Below are positions 9,993-19,041 of a stretch of DNA of 64,000 nt, piece after piece. Source of the stretch: an uncultured Gemmatimonadales bacterium (lineage in GTDB: Bacteria > Gemmatimonadota > Gemmatimonadetes > Gemmatimonadales > GWC2-71-9); the NCBI GenBank assembly GCA_963798915.1, contig CAWCVB010000014.1, positions 147,413 through 211,412 of the forward strand, read 5' to 3'. The notes beneath the pieces are model-generated. The model was not told the origin of the DNA, ran no database searches, and was given only the letters and a program-made list of their open reading frames with translations. Every line of letters starts with the position of its first letter. Positions within the stretch are counted from its first letter, which is position 1. Made by a program: the position numbers and the translations under genes.

Positions 9993-11480
9993 TCAGGGCA
10001 GGCTGCTCCAGCCCTGCACGGCAACCGGGGTGCTGGCGTCGGTGGTGGTGCCGTCGCCGAGTTCGCCATGCTCGTTGTGACCCCAGCAGTACGCTCCGTC
10101 AGCTGCCGACAGCGCACAGGAGAAGTAGGCGCCGGCGCCAATGGTCGAGAATGTGATGCCACCGGCTACCGGGACCGGGCTGCTCGTGTTCTCCGTGTTC
10201 CCGTCGCCGAGTTCACCGTAGATGTTGAGGCCCCAGCAGTAGCCCGCACCGAACGTGGTAAGGGCGCACGTGTGATACGCCCCCCCAGCGTCGATCGCCG
10301 AGAGCGCCAGGTCTCCGTTCACGAGTACCGGGCTCGTCGCATTCGCGGCGCCGCCGTTGCCGAGTTCGCCGAAATCATTGAGTCCCCAGCAGTAGCCTGC
10401 GTGGCCAAGGGCGACGCCACAGGTCCAGTAGTATCCTGCGCTGATGGACGAGAAGGTGAGGCCGCCGCCGACCGGCACCGGGTTGGTCGCGTCGGACAGG
10501 CTACCATCCCCGAGCTGGCCCGAACCGTTGTACCCCCAGCAGAAGGCCGCGCCGTCAGTCGAGAGACCGCAACTATGGAAGCCACCGCGAGCGCTGATAC
10601 CGGCGAAGTGCAGGCCGCCGCTGACCGGGACGGGGATGCTTGCATCCGTTGTTGTCCCATTACCGAGCTGTCCCGCCGAGTTGTTGCCCCAGCAATACGT
10701 CGCTGCCTCCACGGTGAGCGCGCAGGTATGATTGCCCCCCGCGCTGATGGCTGTGAACGCCAGGCCACCGCTGACCGCTACGGGGCTGCTCGCGTTTGCT
10801 ATGCTCCCGGTTCCGAGTTGGCCAGAATTGTTCAATCCCCAGCAGTAGGCTGTGCCATCCGCCGTGAGGCCACACGTGTGATATCCCCCCGCGCTGATGA
10901 CCGTAAATGCGACGTCTCCCAGGACCGCAACGGGGACGCTGGAATTGGTGGTGGAGCCGTCGCCCAGCTCTCCGCCAATGTTGTAGCCCCAGCAGTAGGC
11001 GCGCCCGCTCGCCTTGAGCCCGCAAGTATGGAGTAGGCCCACAGCCAACTGGGGTCCCGCGGTCGTCGTCTCATCACCAAGTACCGCACCGGCTTCCTCC
11101 AGTAGCGGCGCTCCATCCGCCTCACTCAGTACCCCATCTGCCACGAAGCTCGCCACCTGGTCCCGGAACGCCCGCAATTGTGCCACCGCCGGGCAGAGAT
11201 TCCCGTCATCCAGGGCCCGAAGCGCGTTCCGGAGATGGTTACGCAGCGCGCCGGCCTGGCCGGCATTCAGCGCTCCGGACGCTTCCAGCGCGTCCACCTG
11301 GTCAATCAGATCGCTGATGGCGGCACGCACCTCCCCCTCGCTCAGACCCAGGGCGCAGGATGTCGCGAGGAAGGAGGGGGTGTCGGCGTAGATCGGATTG
11401 GGGGCGGTGCGATCAGCGCACGCGGTCGCGAGCAAGGCTCCGACCGCGAGGGCCAGTACGACGCGGATGTGGCTGCACAT
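9993..11480 (-). CDS. Lipoprotein with N-terminal helical (FIMAH-like) domain and seven RCC1/BLIP-II repeats
   Basis: Lipobox ATAC; seven A(Y/F)CWGxN..G(E/Q)LG repeats. Confidence 0.88.
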   Translation of the reverse strand: MCSHIRVVLALAVGALLATACADRTAPNPIYADTPSFLATSCALGLSEGEVRAAISDLIDQVDALEASGALNAGQAGALRNHLRNALRALDDGNLCPAVAQLRAFRDQVASFVADGVLSEADGAPLLEEAGAVLGDETTTAGPQLAVGLLHTCGLKASGRAYCWGYNIGGELGDGSTTNSSVPVAVLGDVAFTVISAGGYHTCGLTADGTAYCWGLNNSGQLGTGSIANASSPVAVSGGLAFTAISAGGNHTCALTVEAATYCWGNNSAGQLGNGTTTDASIPVPVSGGLHFAGISARGGFHSCGLSTDGAAFCWGYNGSGQLGDGSLSDATNPVPVGGGLTFSSISAGYYWTCGVALGHAGYCWGLNDFGELGNGGAANATSPVLVNGDLALSAIDAGGAYHTCALTTFGAGYCWGLNIYGELGDGNTENTSSPVPVAGGITFSTIGAGAYFSCALSAADGAYCWGHNEHGELGDGTTTDASTPVAVQGWSSLP

Positions 11481-11642
11481 GGGCCTGCTTCTTCCATCTC
11501 GAAGGTTCAGTGATCCGGAATGGCCGGCTTCAGGAGAGCCAAGATAGGGCGAGCATTCGGAAGGGGACATCGCATATTCGGGGGACTTGCTGGTGCACGC
11601 AGGGTTATGATCGCGGATCTTTCCACCGCCGCCATCGCGCCG

Positions 11643-11658
11643 TCACATGATCATGTGA
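11643..11658. promoter_or_regulatory. Perfect 16-bp palindrome TCACATGATCATGTGA, candidate response-regulator binding site
   Basis: Self-complementary; 10 bp past the LuxR gene stop and upstream of the RCC1 gene. Confidence 0.65.
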
Positions 11659-11668
11659 GGATGCGGAG

Positions 11669-12448
11669 CTACACCAGGCCCTCACGCAGCGCGCGTCCCA
11701 CCGCTTCGGCCACGTTGTGGACCTGCAGCTTGGAATAGACACTCCGGATGTGGGATCGCACCGTCTCGATGCTGATTCCCAGATCGCGGGCACAGCCTTT
11801 GTAACTGCGGCCATCCACCAGGCAGCCCAGCACGTCCCGCTCGCGCTGGGTCAGGTCGAGGCTGCTGCTGGCGCCGTCCGTCGTCCTCGCGGGCGCCTTC
11901 AATCGGCCGGTTTCGCTCAGGCGAATGATATCCAGCACGGTGCGCGCCACGGCCGCCGACAGCGGCGATCCGCCGGCCACCACGGTGCGGAGTTGTGCCA
12001 GGATCCGATCCGCCGGTGTGCGCTTGAGGAGATAGCCGTCGGCGCCGGCACAGATGGCTTCGATGATCGTGGCACGCTCCTCGAAAACGGTGAGCGCAAT
12101 GATCCTGACCTGCGGCAGCAGGGCCTTCATCCGGCGGGTGCACTCGATGCCGCTGAGTCCCGGCAGCCCCAGGTCCATGAGGATCACGTCCCACGGCGGT
12201 GTGGACTGCCGGCGCTGGGCGGCCTCGGCGGCGCGGAGGGCCTCGTCCGGGGAGGCAAACGAATGCGCCAGCTCGAACTCGGGCGAGTGCGCGAGTAGCG
12301 CCTCCAGGCTCGCCCGGTAATGCGCGTCATCCTCCACCGCTATCACCTGAAACGGCGCGGTCCGGATTGGCATGCCGCCATAATGCACGCCCGGCTGGTG
12401 AGGCGCACTCGCATATTCATGGGAGGGCTCCACGGAGAGATCGCTCAT
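11669..12448 (-). CDS. NarL/LuxR-family response regulator (true start may be internal)
   Basis: Receiver VEDD, DVILMDLGLP, GADGYLLK; HTH LTQRERDVL...ISIETVRSHIRSVYSKL. Confidence 0.93.
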   Translation of the reverse strand: MSDLSVEPSHEYASAPHQPGVHYGGMPIRTAPFQVIAVEDDAHYRASLEALLAHSPEFELAHSFASPDEALRAAEAAQRRQSTPPWDVILMDLGLPGLSGIECTRRMKALLPQVRIIALTVFEERATIIEAICAGADGYLLKRTPADRILAQLRTVVAGGSPLSAAVARTVLDIIRLSETGRLKAPARTTDGASSSLDLTQRERDVLGCLVDGRSYKGCARDLGISIETVRSHIRSVYSKLQVHNVAEAVGRALREGLV

Positions 12449-15321
12449 TGAAGCCGGAAGTCGAGCCGCATGGTGGTTCCTCCAGTGGTGCTGCTGTGAA
12501 GCGCGAATTCGGCGCCGATCTCGCCGGCTCGGCGGCGCATGCCCGCGACCCCCCGCCCATTTCGGGCGGAGCCCTTCTCCAGGAAGGCGAGCTCCTGCGT
12601 CTCCGCCGCGAACCCCCGGCCGTCATCCTGCACCATCAGGCGCCAGCTCCCGCCCTGCGGCCGGAGACGAAGCGTGACCTGGGATGCGCCGGAGTGGCGG
12701 GCGGCGTTGTGCAGCGCCTCGAGGCCGATCAACAGCACGTTGCGGCGCACGGCGAGGGTCAGCTCTCCGTCCGGCCACCGCTCCGGCAGGTCCGCAATGA
12801 ACTCCGGGCCGTCGTCGGCGGAAAAGAGCCGATTGCCCCGCTCTACCAGCTGGGTGACGAGTTCGCGCAGGTCGGCGGCATTGCGATCCAGTGCCCAGAC
12901 AATATCGGAGAGCGATTCACCTAGATGTTCCGCCGTCGCAGCAATTTCCCGCGCCAGGTGCCCGTCGCCGTCCTCACGCCGCTCGGCGTCGGAGAGCACG
13001 CTCGCCAGGATGCCGATGCTGCCGAGTCCCGATCCGATTTCGTCGTGAAGGTCCAGGGCAATGCGATTCCGCTGGCGCTCCAAGCCCAGGACGATGTTGA
13101 GACGAGCCCGATAGATGGCAAACGCCATGGCGCCGAGCACGATGACGGCACTGATCAGGACCCATGGTTCCCGGTACCACGGTGGCGGCACCCGGAAGCG
13201 CACCGAAGCGGGAGCCGACGACCAGTGCCGGCCATCGAGAGAGGCCCGGAATTCGGCTGTATACCGACCGGATGGAAGGTCCACCCAGCTGAACGATGGC
13301 GCGCCGCGGGTGTCGGTCCACGGGTGATCTGCGCCGAGTCGTGCCTGGTAGCGAACCCGGGCAGGATCGCGAAAGGACAGCGCCGCAAATCGCAGCTCCA
13401 ACGTGTTGTGACGTGAAGGCGCTTCGAAGGGCTGGTCGGTCGGCACCTTCCGCCCATCCACACTGGCATCCGCGATGGCCACCGGCGGCGGATCGGCGGT
13501 CGCAAACCTGGCTGCACGGGGAATCTCCACCAGGCCGAGCCAGGTGGTGACCCAGAGAGAGCCGTCAGGATTCTCCAGCAAGTCCTGGCCACTGGTGACC
13601 GGCAGGCCATTCCAGGATCCAAGCACTTCTCGCACGGTCCAGCCGGGTCCCTGCTCCTTCACACGTCGTAACGTTCCATAGCCAATGATCCAGACCCCGC
13701 CCGAGAGGGACGGACGCAATCCGAGGATCGCATCGGTTGGAAGTTCCCGGCTTTGCGGAATCACATCCCAGTGCCCGTCCGATCCGGTTCTCAGCACGCC
13801 GGCTTCCATGGTCGAGGCCCAGATGGCACCGCTCGATAGCTCGACCAGCGACGTGATGGTGCCCGTCGCTCCCACATTGCTGCATTCCCATTCGCCGGGG
13901 GACCGAAGCTGACGGCTGCAAATATGTCCGGTCCATGCCAGCCAGAGCCGGCCCTGTCGGTCCTCCAGTACGGCCTGCCATTCCGTTCCCGGTGGCGCGC
14001 TCCTGGGAAGTGTCACGGCAATGGCTGACGTCGCCGCTGGTTCGACGCGAAAGAGTCCGCTTAACGTTGCCAACCAGGTGCCGCCATCTCGCGCTGGCGC
14101 GCAGCCGAGAATTATGCCGGCAGCAGGAAGCCTCCGGCGGACGCCGGAGTCGGCGAGCAGGACGAGCCCCTCCGCGTCGTTGCTCCAGACGGCGGACGCC
14201 GCGCTGTCGGGACAGACGCGGTGTTGCGAGTACCAGTCCGGGACTGGGTGGATGGACGTGCTGGCGCCGTGCCGTTGCAGTCTCACGGCGCCCTGCCAGG
14301 TGGTGATCCACAGGGCATCGCCGCTGCGCGCAAGGAACCGCACGTGCCGGGAGGGCAGGCCTTCCCGGTCAGTCCAGATGCGCGTGTCGGGCTCCGGAAA
14401 CTGCAGCAGCGACGTGTACGTCCCCATCCAGAGACTGCCTTCCCGGTCTACGAGCATGGGGCCCCCCGCCTCGATGCCGTCCTCCGGCGAGATGACCTCG
14501 GGCTCCCGCCCTGGTTCGAGCGCGACGAGAAAGCGATCGAAGGCAACCCAGAGGGTTCGACCGCGCTGGGCCAGGGCCACCGCTCGGGACCGGAAGGTTT
14601 CGCTCGCCGTGCGCTCGACGTTGATGATCCTGATGTCTGCACCAGCATGCACCAGCAGCGCGCCAGAGGAGCGGAGCGCCAGCTCGCGGTCACCCAGAGC
14701 CAGGATGTCGACGATGTGATCGCCGGCGAAGAGCTTTCGGGCCGCGCCACTGGCGTCGGCCCGCCAGACGCCACGATCAGTGGCGACCAGCACGCCGCCA
14801 CCGGGGTGTGCTGTCACCAGCATCGGCTGCTCATCCCCGAGGACGCCGGCCGGAATCTGGCGCCAGGTGCCCGCCGTATCCCGGCACGCCAGCGATCCCC
14901 CGCGAATGATCCACAGCCGGCCGGCGATGTCGTACGCCAGCATGCGCACGGTTCGGGGACCGGCAGGACCGGGGGGATGAAGCGCACGAACGTCGCCGCT
15001 GGCCAGCTCGAACAGCTCGCCACGATCAGTCACGGCCGCGACTCGGTTGCCATGGGCCGCGAGACCCATGACGGCATTGGCATCGGGTTCCACCGGCCAC
15101 GCATGCAGGCTGGCGCCATCGTACCGGAACAGGCCGCCCTGGGCACCGATCCAGAGGAAACCGGTGCTGTCCTGCACAATGGCCCATACCGGCGCCGCGA
15201 GTCCCGCGTCCTCGGCGAAGCGGCGGATCAGGCGCGTCTGCGCAGGGAGCTCGGCCGCCGCACAAAGCAGCATGGCGCCGAGCAGGAGGGGGCCCAGCTG
15301 GTGTCTCGACATGACTGGCAT
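12445..15321 (-). CDS. Sensor histidine kinase: periplasmic beta-propeller + Y_Y_Y-like domain + TM + HisKA_3/HATPase
   Basis: Signal peptide, repeated DxxGxLW propeller motifs, RIALDLHDEIGSGL, EALHNAARHS, DDGRGF. Confidence 0.9.
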   Translation of the reverse strand: MPVMSRHQLGPLLLGAMLLCAAAELPAQTRLIRRFAEDAGLAAPVWAIVQDSTGFLWIGAQGGLFRYDGASLHAWPVEPDANAVMGLAAHGNRVAAVTDRGELFELASGDVRALHPPGPAGPRTVRMLAYDIAGRLWIIRGGSLACRDTAGTWRQIPAGVLGDEQPMLVTAHPGGGVLVATDRGVWRADASGAARKLFAGDHIVDILALGDRELALRSSGALLVHAGADIRIINVERTASETFRSRAVALAQRGRTLWVAFDRFLVALEPGREPEVISPEDGIEAGGPMLVDREGSLWMGTYTSLLQFPEPDTRIWTDREGLPSRHVRFLARSGDALWITTWQGAVRLQRHGASTSIHPVPDWYSQHRVCPDSAASAVWSNDAEGLVLLADSGVRRRLPAAGIILGCAPARDGGTWLATLSGLFRVEPAATSAIAVTLPRSAPPGTEWQAVLEDRQGRLWLAWTGHICSRQLRSPGEWECSNVGATGTITSLVELSSGAIWASTMEAGVLRTGSDGHWDVIPQSRELPTDAILGLRPSLSGGVWIIGYGTLRRVKEQGPGWTVREVLGSWNGLPVTSGQDLLENPDGSLWVTTWLGLVEIPRAARFATADPPPVAIADASVDGRKVPTDQPFEAPSRHNTLELRFAALSFRDPARVRYQARLGADHPWTDTRGAPSFSWVDLPSGRYTAEFRASLDGRHWSSAPASVRFRVPPPWYREPWVLISAVIVLGAMAFAIYRARLNIVLGLERQRNRIALDLHDEIGSGLGSIGILASVLSDAERREDGDGHLAREIAATAEHLGESLSDIVWALDRNAADLRELVTQLVERGNRLFSADDGPEFIADLPERWPDGELTLAVRRNVLLIGLEALHNAARHSGASQVTLRLRPQGGSWRLMVQDDGRGFAAETQELAFLEKGSARNGRGVAGMRRRAGEIGAEFALHSSTTGGTTMRLDFRLQ

Positions 15322-15478
15322 GTTAGGGGTAAGGTGCAGCAGGGCAGCCCATCGGGCTACCCCGCATCCGGGAGTACCAGTGGCCCGCCTTGCCCATCCT
15401 GCCCCGCCTGTCTATATATGCGCCGCTCAGGCCCCGGAGGTGTGCGGTGGGCCGGGCCGAAACGCAGGATGGAGCGCA

Positions 15479-17335
15479 GTGTCGAACAAGATTCGCAATC
15501 TGGCTATTATCGCGCATGTGGACCACGGCAAGACGACGCTCGTGGATCAGATGCTCCGGCAGGCAGGTGCCTTCCGCGCCAATCAACAGGTGGCGGAGAG
15601 GGTGATGGATTCCAATCCGCTGGAGCGCGAGCGCGGTATCACCATCCTCTCCAAGAACACCGCTGTCAACTGGGGCGGCGTCAAGATCAACATCGTTGAT
15701 ACTCCCGGCCACGCCGACTTTGGCGGCGAGGTCGAGCGGATCCTGCGCATGGTCGATGGGGTCCTGATCCTGGTGGACGCCGCCGAGGGGCCCATGCCGC
15801 AGACGCGATTCGTGACGCGGAAGGCCCTCTCGCTCGGCCTGCATCCCATCGTGGCGATCAACAAGATCGATCGAGCCGATGCGGAGCCGCTGCGAGTGCA
15901 CGATGAGGTCCTGGGGCTGTTCATCGATCTCGAGGCCACCCACGAACAGCTCGACGCGCCATTCCTCTATACGTCCAGTCGTTTCGGTACCGCCACGATG
16001 GACCTCGATCACCCGGGTGGGGACCTTGCGCCGCTGTTCGACACCATCCTCAAGTACGTGCCGCCGCCGGCCGGCGACCCTGATGAGCCGTTTCAGATGC
16101 TGGTCTCGACCCTGGACCACTCCAGCTTTCTGGGCCGGATCGCCATCGGGCGAATCGAGCGCGGCCGCCTGGAAGTTGGTGACCAGGTGGCGCTGCTGCC
16201 GCTGGGGGAGCCCGGGCTGCTGCTCGATGAAACCGTGGAACGGAACCGGGTGACCAGACTCTACACCTTCGACGGGTTGCATCGGGTCGAGGTGCCCCGG
16301 GCAGAGGCAGGCGATATCGTGGCGCTCGCCGGCTTCGAAGGTATTGAAATTGGCAAGACCTTCGCCTCGGTGGATCGGCCGGAACGGCTGGCGGGCATCG
16401 CGGTCGAGGAGCCCACCATCTCGGTGGACTTCATCGTCAACAACAGCCCGTTTGCCGGCCGGGAGGGCAAGTTCGTCACCAGCCGCCAGCTGCGCGATCG
16501 GCTGTTCCGCGAGCTCGAGCGCAATGTGGCGCTCAAGGTCGAGCCGACCGACGCCCCTGACACCCATTCCGTGTCGGGTCGCGGGGAGTTGCACCTCGGC
16601 ATCCTCATGGAGACGATGCGGCGGGAGGGGTACGAGTTTCAGGTCTCCCGGCCCCGGGTGATCACCCGTGAGGGGTCCGGCGGCGATCGCCTCGAGCCCT
16701 ACGAGGAACTGATGGTTGACGTGGCCGAGGACTACATGGGCACCGTGCTCGAGAAGCTGGGCCCGCGCCGGGCCGAGATGACCGAGATGCGGAATCCCGG
16801 GCAGGGCATGGTGCGTATGACGTTCCGGGTTCCGGCGCGGGGGTTGTTCGGCTACCGCTCGGAGTTTCTGACCGACACACGCGGCACCGGCATGATGCAT
16901 CATCGTTTTTTGGAGTACGGAAGCTGGGCCGGTCCCCTGGCCGGGCGAAAGCGTGGCGTGCTGGTGGCGGACCGGGAGGGCAGCGTGGTGGCCTTCGCGT
17001 TGGGCAACCTGCAGGAGCGCGCCCAGATGTTCGTCTCCCCGGGCGACCACGTGTATGAAGGAATGGTGGTGGGTGAGAGTGCGCGCCCGGGCGACATGGA
17101 CGTCAACGTCTCGAAGGAAAAGAAGCTGACCAACATGCGCACCACCGCGTCGGACGACAACGTCATGCTCGAGCCGCCACGCCTGATCACCCTCGAATAT
17201 GCGCTCGAGTACATCGAGGAAGACGAACTGATCGAAGTCACGCCGCAGACGATCCGCCTGCGCAAGCGGCAGCTCGCCGCGGTGGATCGAAGGAAAGCCG
17301 CCCGGGCAGCCGCCCGGGTCGAACACGCGTCCTAG
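15479..17335 (+). CDS. typA: Translational GTPase TypA/BipA
   Basis: GTG start after [46 protein letters not shown]. Confidence 0.97.
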   Translation: MSNKIRNLAIIAHVDHGKTTLVDQMLRQAGAFRANQQVAERVMDSNPLERERGITILSKNTAVNWGGVKINIVDTPGHADFGGEVERILRMVDGVLILVDAAEGPMPQTRFVTRKALSLGLHPIVAINKIDRADAEPLRVHDEVLGLFIDLEATHEQLDAPFLYTSSRFGTATMDLDHPGGDLAPLFDTILKYVPPPAGDPDEPFQMLVSTLDHSSFLGRIAIGRIERGRLEVGDQVALLPLGEPGLLLDETVERNRVTRLYTFDGLHRVEVPRAEAGDIVALAGFEGIEIGKTFASVDRPERLAGIAVEEPTISVDFIVNNSPFAGREGKFVTSRQLRDRLFRELERNVALKVEPTDAPDTHSVSGRGELHLGILMETMRREGYEFQVSRPRVITREGSGGDRLEPYEELMVDVAEDYMGTVLEKLGPRRAEMTEMRNPGQGMVRMTFRVPARGLFGYRSEFLTDTRGTGMMHHRFLEYGSWAGPLAGRKRGVLVADREGSVVAFALGNLQERAQMFVSPGDHVYEGMVVGESARPGDMDVNVSKEKKLTNMRTTASDDNVMLEPPRLITLEYALEYIEEDELIEVTPQTIRLRKRQLAAVDRRKAARAAARVEHAS

Positions 17336-17386
17336 GGACCTGTCCCGGAACGCAAGACAACACACCGTCGAGTGGTGGAGGAGACC

Positions 17387-17587
17387 ATGCTGGCCTGGGA
17401 GACGTCACTGGACGCGCTCGAGATGCGCCGTCGCTTCGATGACGATGAAGACGAGTTCGAGGATGATGGCTTCGGCTTCGATGACGACGAGGACGAAGAC
17501 GAGGACGCCGACGATGACGAGTTCGGGGACGACGAGGACGAGGAAGACCTCGACGAAGATCCCCCCTACGAGCCGGAAGAGGAATAG
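17387..17587 (+). CDS. 66-aa hyper-acidic small protein of unknown function
   Basis: Strong GGAGGAG RBS, ATG, 36 of the last 49 residues are D/E, followed by a terminator hairpin. Confidence 0.7.
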   Translation: MLAWETSLDALEMRRRFDDDEDEFEDDGFGFDDDEDEDEDADDDEFGDDEDEEDLDEDPPYEPEEE

Positions 17588-17604
17588 CCCCACTGGAACT
17601 CGCT

Positions 17605-17638
17605 GGAACGCCCCGTCAGCGTCCTGACGGGGCGTTCC
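17605..17638. terminator. 15-bp perfect stem hairpin between convergent genes (probably bidirectional terminator)
   Basis: GGAACGCCCCGTCAG-cgtc-CTGACGGGGCGTTCC. Confidence 0.75.
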
Positions 17639-17663
17639 CATGCGAGTGGGGGCGAGCGCCCGG

Positions 17664-18548
17664 TCAGCTCGCCATGGCCTGCGGCTCCTCGGCCGGCAGC
17701 AACCTGGCCAGGATCTCCTGCGCCTCCTCCTCCGTCACGCCCTTGTCCCGCCGGACCGCCCAGCGGCGGCGGGCCTGGGTCCGTCGCTGCTCCGGCAGGG
17801 CGGCAATGGCGTCGTCGATCGCCATGATCATCGCTATCGACGGCCGCGCCACCGGCTCGGCGCTCGACAGCCACGCACGAAGTTCCCGGGCCACGGTGCC
17901 GTCGCACAGGTCCCACAGCTGGCTCTGATCACCGAACTTGCGGGTATTGTCCTTCTTCACATCGACCTTGTGTGCTTCGTTCAGGTCAAAGTGAAGCGCA
18001 AATTCGTACTCTGTGCCATCGCGGATGACCGGCTGCAGGCCCAGCTTGAGGACCCTCTTCTTCCCATCCACCTCGGCCTGCTCGTAGGCCTGCTTGCTGC
18101 GCGCCGTGGCGATGACATGCACGGGTTGGTCCAGGATGGCTCGAACCAGGCTGTCCCATTCCGCGCCGAACAGCTTCCAATTGGTGTAGCTGTTGGAGCG
18201 GGGATTGGCCCGGTCATAGGCTGTCTTGCGATCGAGCACATCCTGCCAGGCGTGGGACAGACTGTCGACGATGATGACTTCGTAACCGGCCTCGACCGCG
18301 ACTTCCATCGCCGCGATATAGGCGTCCGGATGGTGGTCCGCCAGCGCCAGGGCATCGAACTCGATACCATCGGCATAGTAGCTCGACCGGCTGTTCTCGG
18401 AGTCGATCACGGCGATCTTGCCGGGCGCCAGACTTTCGGCCAGCCGCAACGCGCCAAGCGTCTTGCCTGAGCCGGAGGCCCCAGTGAGGAGAATCTTGAG
18501 CTTGGCCTCGGTTCGGACGGCCCGCTTGAATTGCATGAGTGACGACAT
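17664..18548 (-). CDS. AAA_24-family ATPase, similar to phage Sak4-type ssDNA-annealing proteins
   Basis: Walker A GASGSGKT, VIDSE, Walker B IIVDSLSHAW, GLQPVIRDGTEYEF, KDNT. Confidence 0.8.
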   Translation of the reverse strand: MSSLMQFKRAVRTEAKLKILLTGASGSGKTLGALRLAESLAPGKIAVIDSENSRSSYYADGIEFDALALADHHPDAYIAAMEVAVEAGYEVIIVDSLSHAWQDVLDRKTAYDRANPRSNSYTNWKLFGAEWDSLVRAILDQPVHVIATARSKQAYEQAEVDGKKRVLKLGLQPVIRDGTEYEFALHFDLNEAHKVDVKKDNTRKFGDQSQLWDLCDGTVARELRAWLSSAEPVARPSIAMIMAIDDAIAALPEQRRTQARRRWAVRRDKGVTEEEAQEILARLLPAEEPQAMAS

Positions 18549-18669
18549 TGCTTCTCCAGCGTGAGTCAGGTGCGACTTCGTCCAGGTCCAGCGCTACCAG
18601 CGCGCCGACTCCGGTGTGTATATTCCCGGCCCGCGAGGCCGGTTGTGGCTGAGGGGGAGCTGCGAATGT

Positions 18670-18744
<75 letters not shown>

Positions 18745-18768
18745 TCCTGGTGTGCAATTTCGGGGCCG

Positions 18769-18803
18769 GAGACGGCGCGATTTCGATCGCGCCGTCTCTT
18801 TTT
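18769..18803 (+). terminator. Intrinsic terminator after tRNA-Ile
   Basis: 13-bp stem GAGACGGCGCGAT-ttcg-ATCGCGCCGTCTC followed by TTTTT. Confidence 0.85.
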
Positions 18804-18982
18804 GCTACTGTCATATGTTATTTAATAACAATGAGATAGATATTTTGTTCGGCTCCTGTTCGGAGGCGGGAAAATGCCGAGCGGAAAGTGTCCGATCAGG
18901 CGACATCGGTGTCCATGCGCCGGCCACTCGCGAGCCCGGACGACAGTCCGTTCGGCACCTGGAGCGCGGGCCGCACCGCCCC

Positions 18983-19023
18983 TTGTCAGGCACAAGGAAG
19001 TGCGATATCTTAGCGCTAAGATA
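18983..19023 (+). promoter_or_regulatory. Sigma70-type promoter with overlapping 18-bp perfect palindromic operator (MarR/MhqR-like)
   Basis: TTGTCA(18983)-17 bp-TATCTT(19006); palindrome TATCTTAGCGCTAAGATA at 19006-19023. Confidence 0.75.
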
Positions 19024-19041
19024 ACTCCAGCGCAGGCGACC

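Noticed and set aside
9993..11060. Nucleotide repeats (CCCCAGCAGTA about every 150 bp) as a diversity-generating retroelement template
   Set aside because: They are the coding repeats of RCC1 blades; no reverse transcriptase or adenine-specific template/variable pair is present.
15047..15478. N-terminal extension of TypA
   Set aside because: Overlaps the divergent kinase gene; GTG 15479 has an RBS and gives a normal TypA start.
15323..17365. 680-aa minus-strand ORF (similarly 31629..33554, 43440..45050, 29482..30969, 39049..40476)
   Set aside because: Antisense shadows of well-supported genes in high-GC DNA, with no recognisable motifs.
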